Sequence record: NC_002014.1
DNA length: 6,883 nt
DNA from: Salmonella phage IKe
Direction: 5' to 3' (one strand)
Shown: in pieces, positions 6,601 to 6,883 of the stretch
Layout: each line of letters begins with the position of its first letter
Position numbering within the stretch: position 1 is the stretch's first letter
The notes under the pieces: model-generated
Seen by the model: the letters and a program-made list of their open reading frames with translations, nothing else
Told to the model about the DNA's origin: nothing
The model's database searches: none
Position numbers and translations under genes: made by a program

Positions 6601-6798
6601 CTACAGCCCTCTCTCCTTCAAAACTCCTTCGATTGCTTCTTCAAGTTTATGTTTTATAAGATAATTTATCAGTTCTGATTTTTTTATAGGCAAACCAGCT
6701 CTTTTTGTTGCTTCGACAGTTGCCGTTACCAGTAAATTTTGCATGTGCCTATTGATAGTTACTGTAGTTCTACTGCCTCTTTTACCTAGTGTATTCAT
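6601..6798 (-). CDS. Hypothetical small basic protein (65 aa) encoded antisense in the intergenic region; putative ribbon-helix-helix (CopG/Arc/MetJ-like) DNA-binding protein
   Basis: Minus-strand ATG (plus 6796-6798), preceded on the minus strand by AGGA (plus 6807-6810) with an 8-nt spacer. The ORF stays open in AT-rich noncoding DNA. The product has a basic N-terminal tail, a predicted beta-strand (TTVTI), helix A (NRHMQNLLVTATVEATKRA), a G-containing turn (GLP) and helix B (KKSELINYLIKHKLEE), resembling the RHH pattern. No homology search was possible. Confidence 0.35.
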   Translation of the reverse strand: MNTLGKRGSRTTVTINRHMQNLLVTATVEATKRAGLPIKKSELINYLIKHKLEEAIEGVLKERGL

Positions 6799-6828
6799 AA
6801 AATAAATCCTAAAGATCTTTACAAATAG

Positions 6829-6856
6829 TTGCGTTTAAATTTACATGTGTTAAATT
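6829..6856 (+). promoter_or_regulatory. Putative gene II promoter (circular context): -35 TTGCGT, 16-nt spacer, extended -10 TGtTAAATT
   Basis: -35-like TTGCGT at 6829-6834 and TGnTAAATT at 6848-6856, about 35 nt upstream of the gene II ATG once the window is circularized. Weak match, assigned by eye only. Confidence 0.3.
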
Positions 6857-6883
6857 ACGCACATGGTGAGTGTTTGAGTGCTT

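Larger units (their letters stand above)
1..6883 (+). mobile_element. Complete genome of an Ff-like filamentous phage (Inovirus), IKe-like, circularly permuted and linearized at an EcoRI site
   Basis: Full canonical Ff gene set and order on one strand plus an intergenic region with origin hairpins. The window starts with GAATTC immediately before the gene II ATG and ends in promoter-like AT-rich sequence. Window length (6883) matches the IKe genome size as I recall it, which I cannot verify here. Confidence 0.85.

Overview
The window reads as a complete, circularly permuted genome of an Ff-like filamentous ssDNA phage (Inovirus), most consistent with the N-pilus-specific phage IKe or a very close relative. 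All canonical genes lie on the + strand in the standard order II(X)-V-VII-IX-VIII-III-VI-I(XI)-IV, followed by a ~730-nt intergenic region (6152-6883) that holds the replication origins. Protein identities are assigned by my recollection of M13/f1/fd and IKe sequences, not by a database search; the major coat protein matches what I recall of IKe pVIII, and the window length matches the IKe genome size I remember. The window opens at an EcoRI site 6 nt upstream of the gene II ATG, so the gene II promoter and leader sit at the 3' end of the window and are contiguous with position 1 only if the molecule is circular. The most interesting unexplained signal is a 65-codon ORF on the minus strand (6601-6798), inside the intergenic region between the plus-strand origin hairpins and the gene II start. 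It has a Shine-Dalgarno-like motif and a predicted product whose sequence pattern resembles ribbon-helix-helix (CopG/Arc/MetJ-type) DNA-binding proteins. Ff-type phages are not known to encode anything on the minus strand, so this is a candidate undescribed regulator, but chance occurrence is not excluded. Other observations: an imperfect duplication inserted between the minus- and plus-strand origins, a repeat and palindrome cluster at the putative gene II promoter, a 30-nt block apparently identical to the Ff minus-strand origin, and a recombination-prone Gly-rich repeat in gene III.
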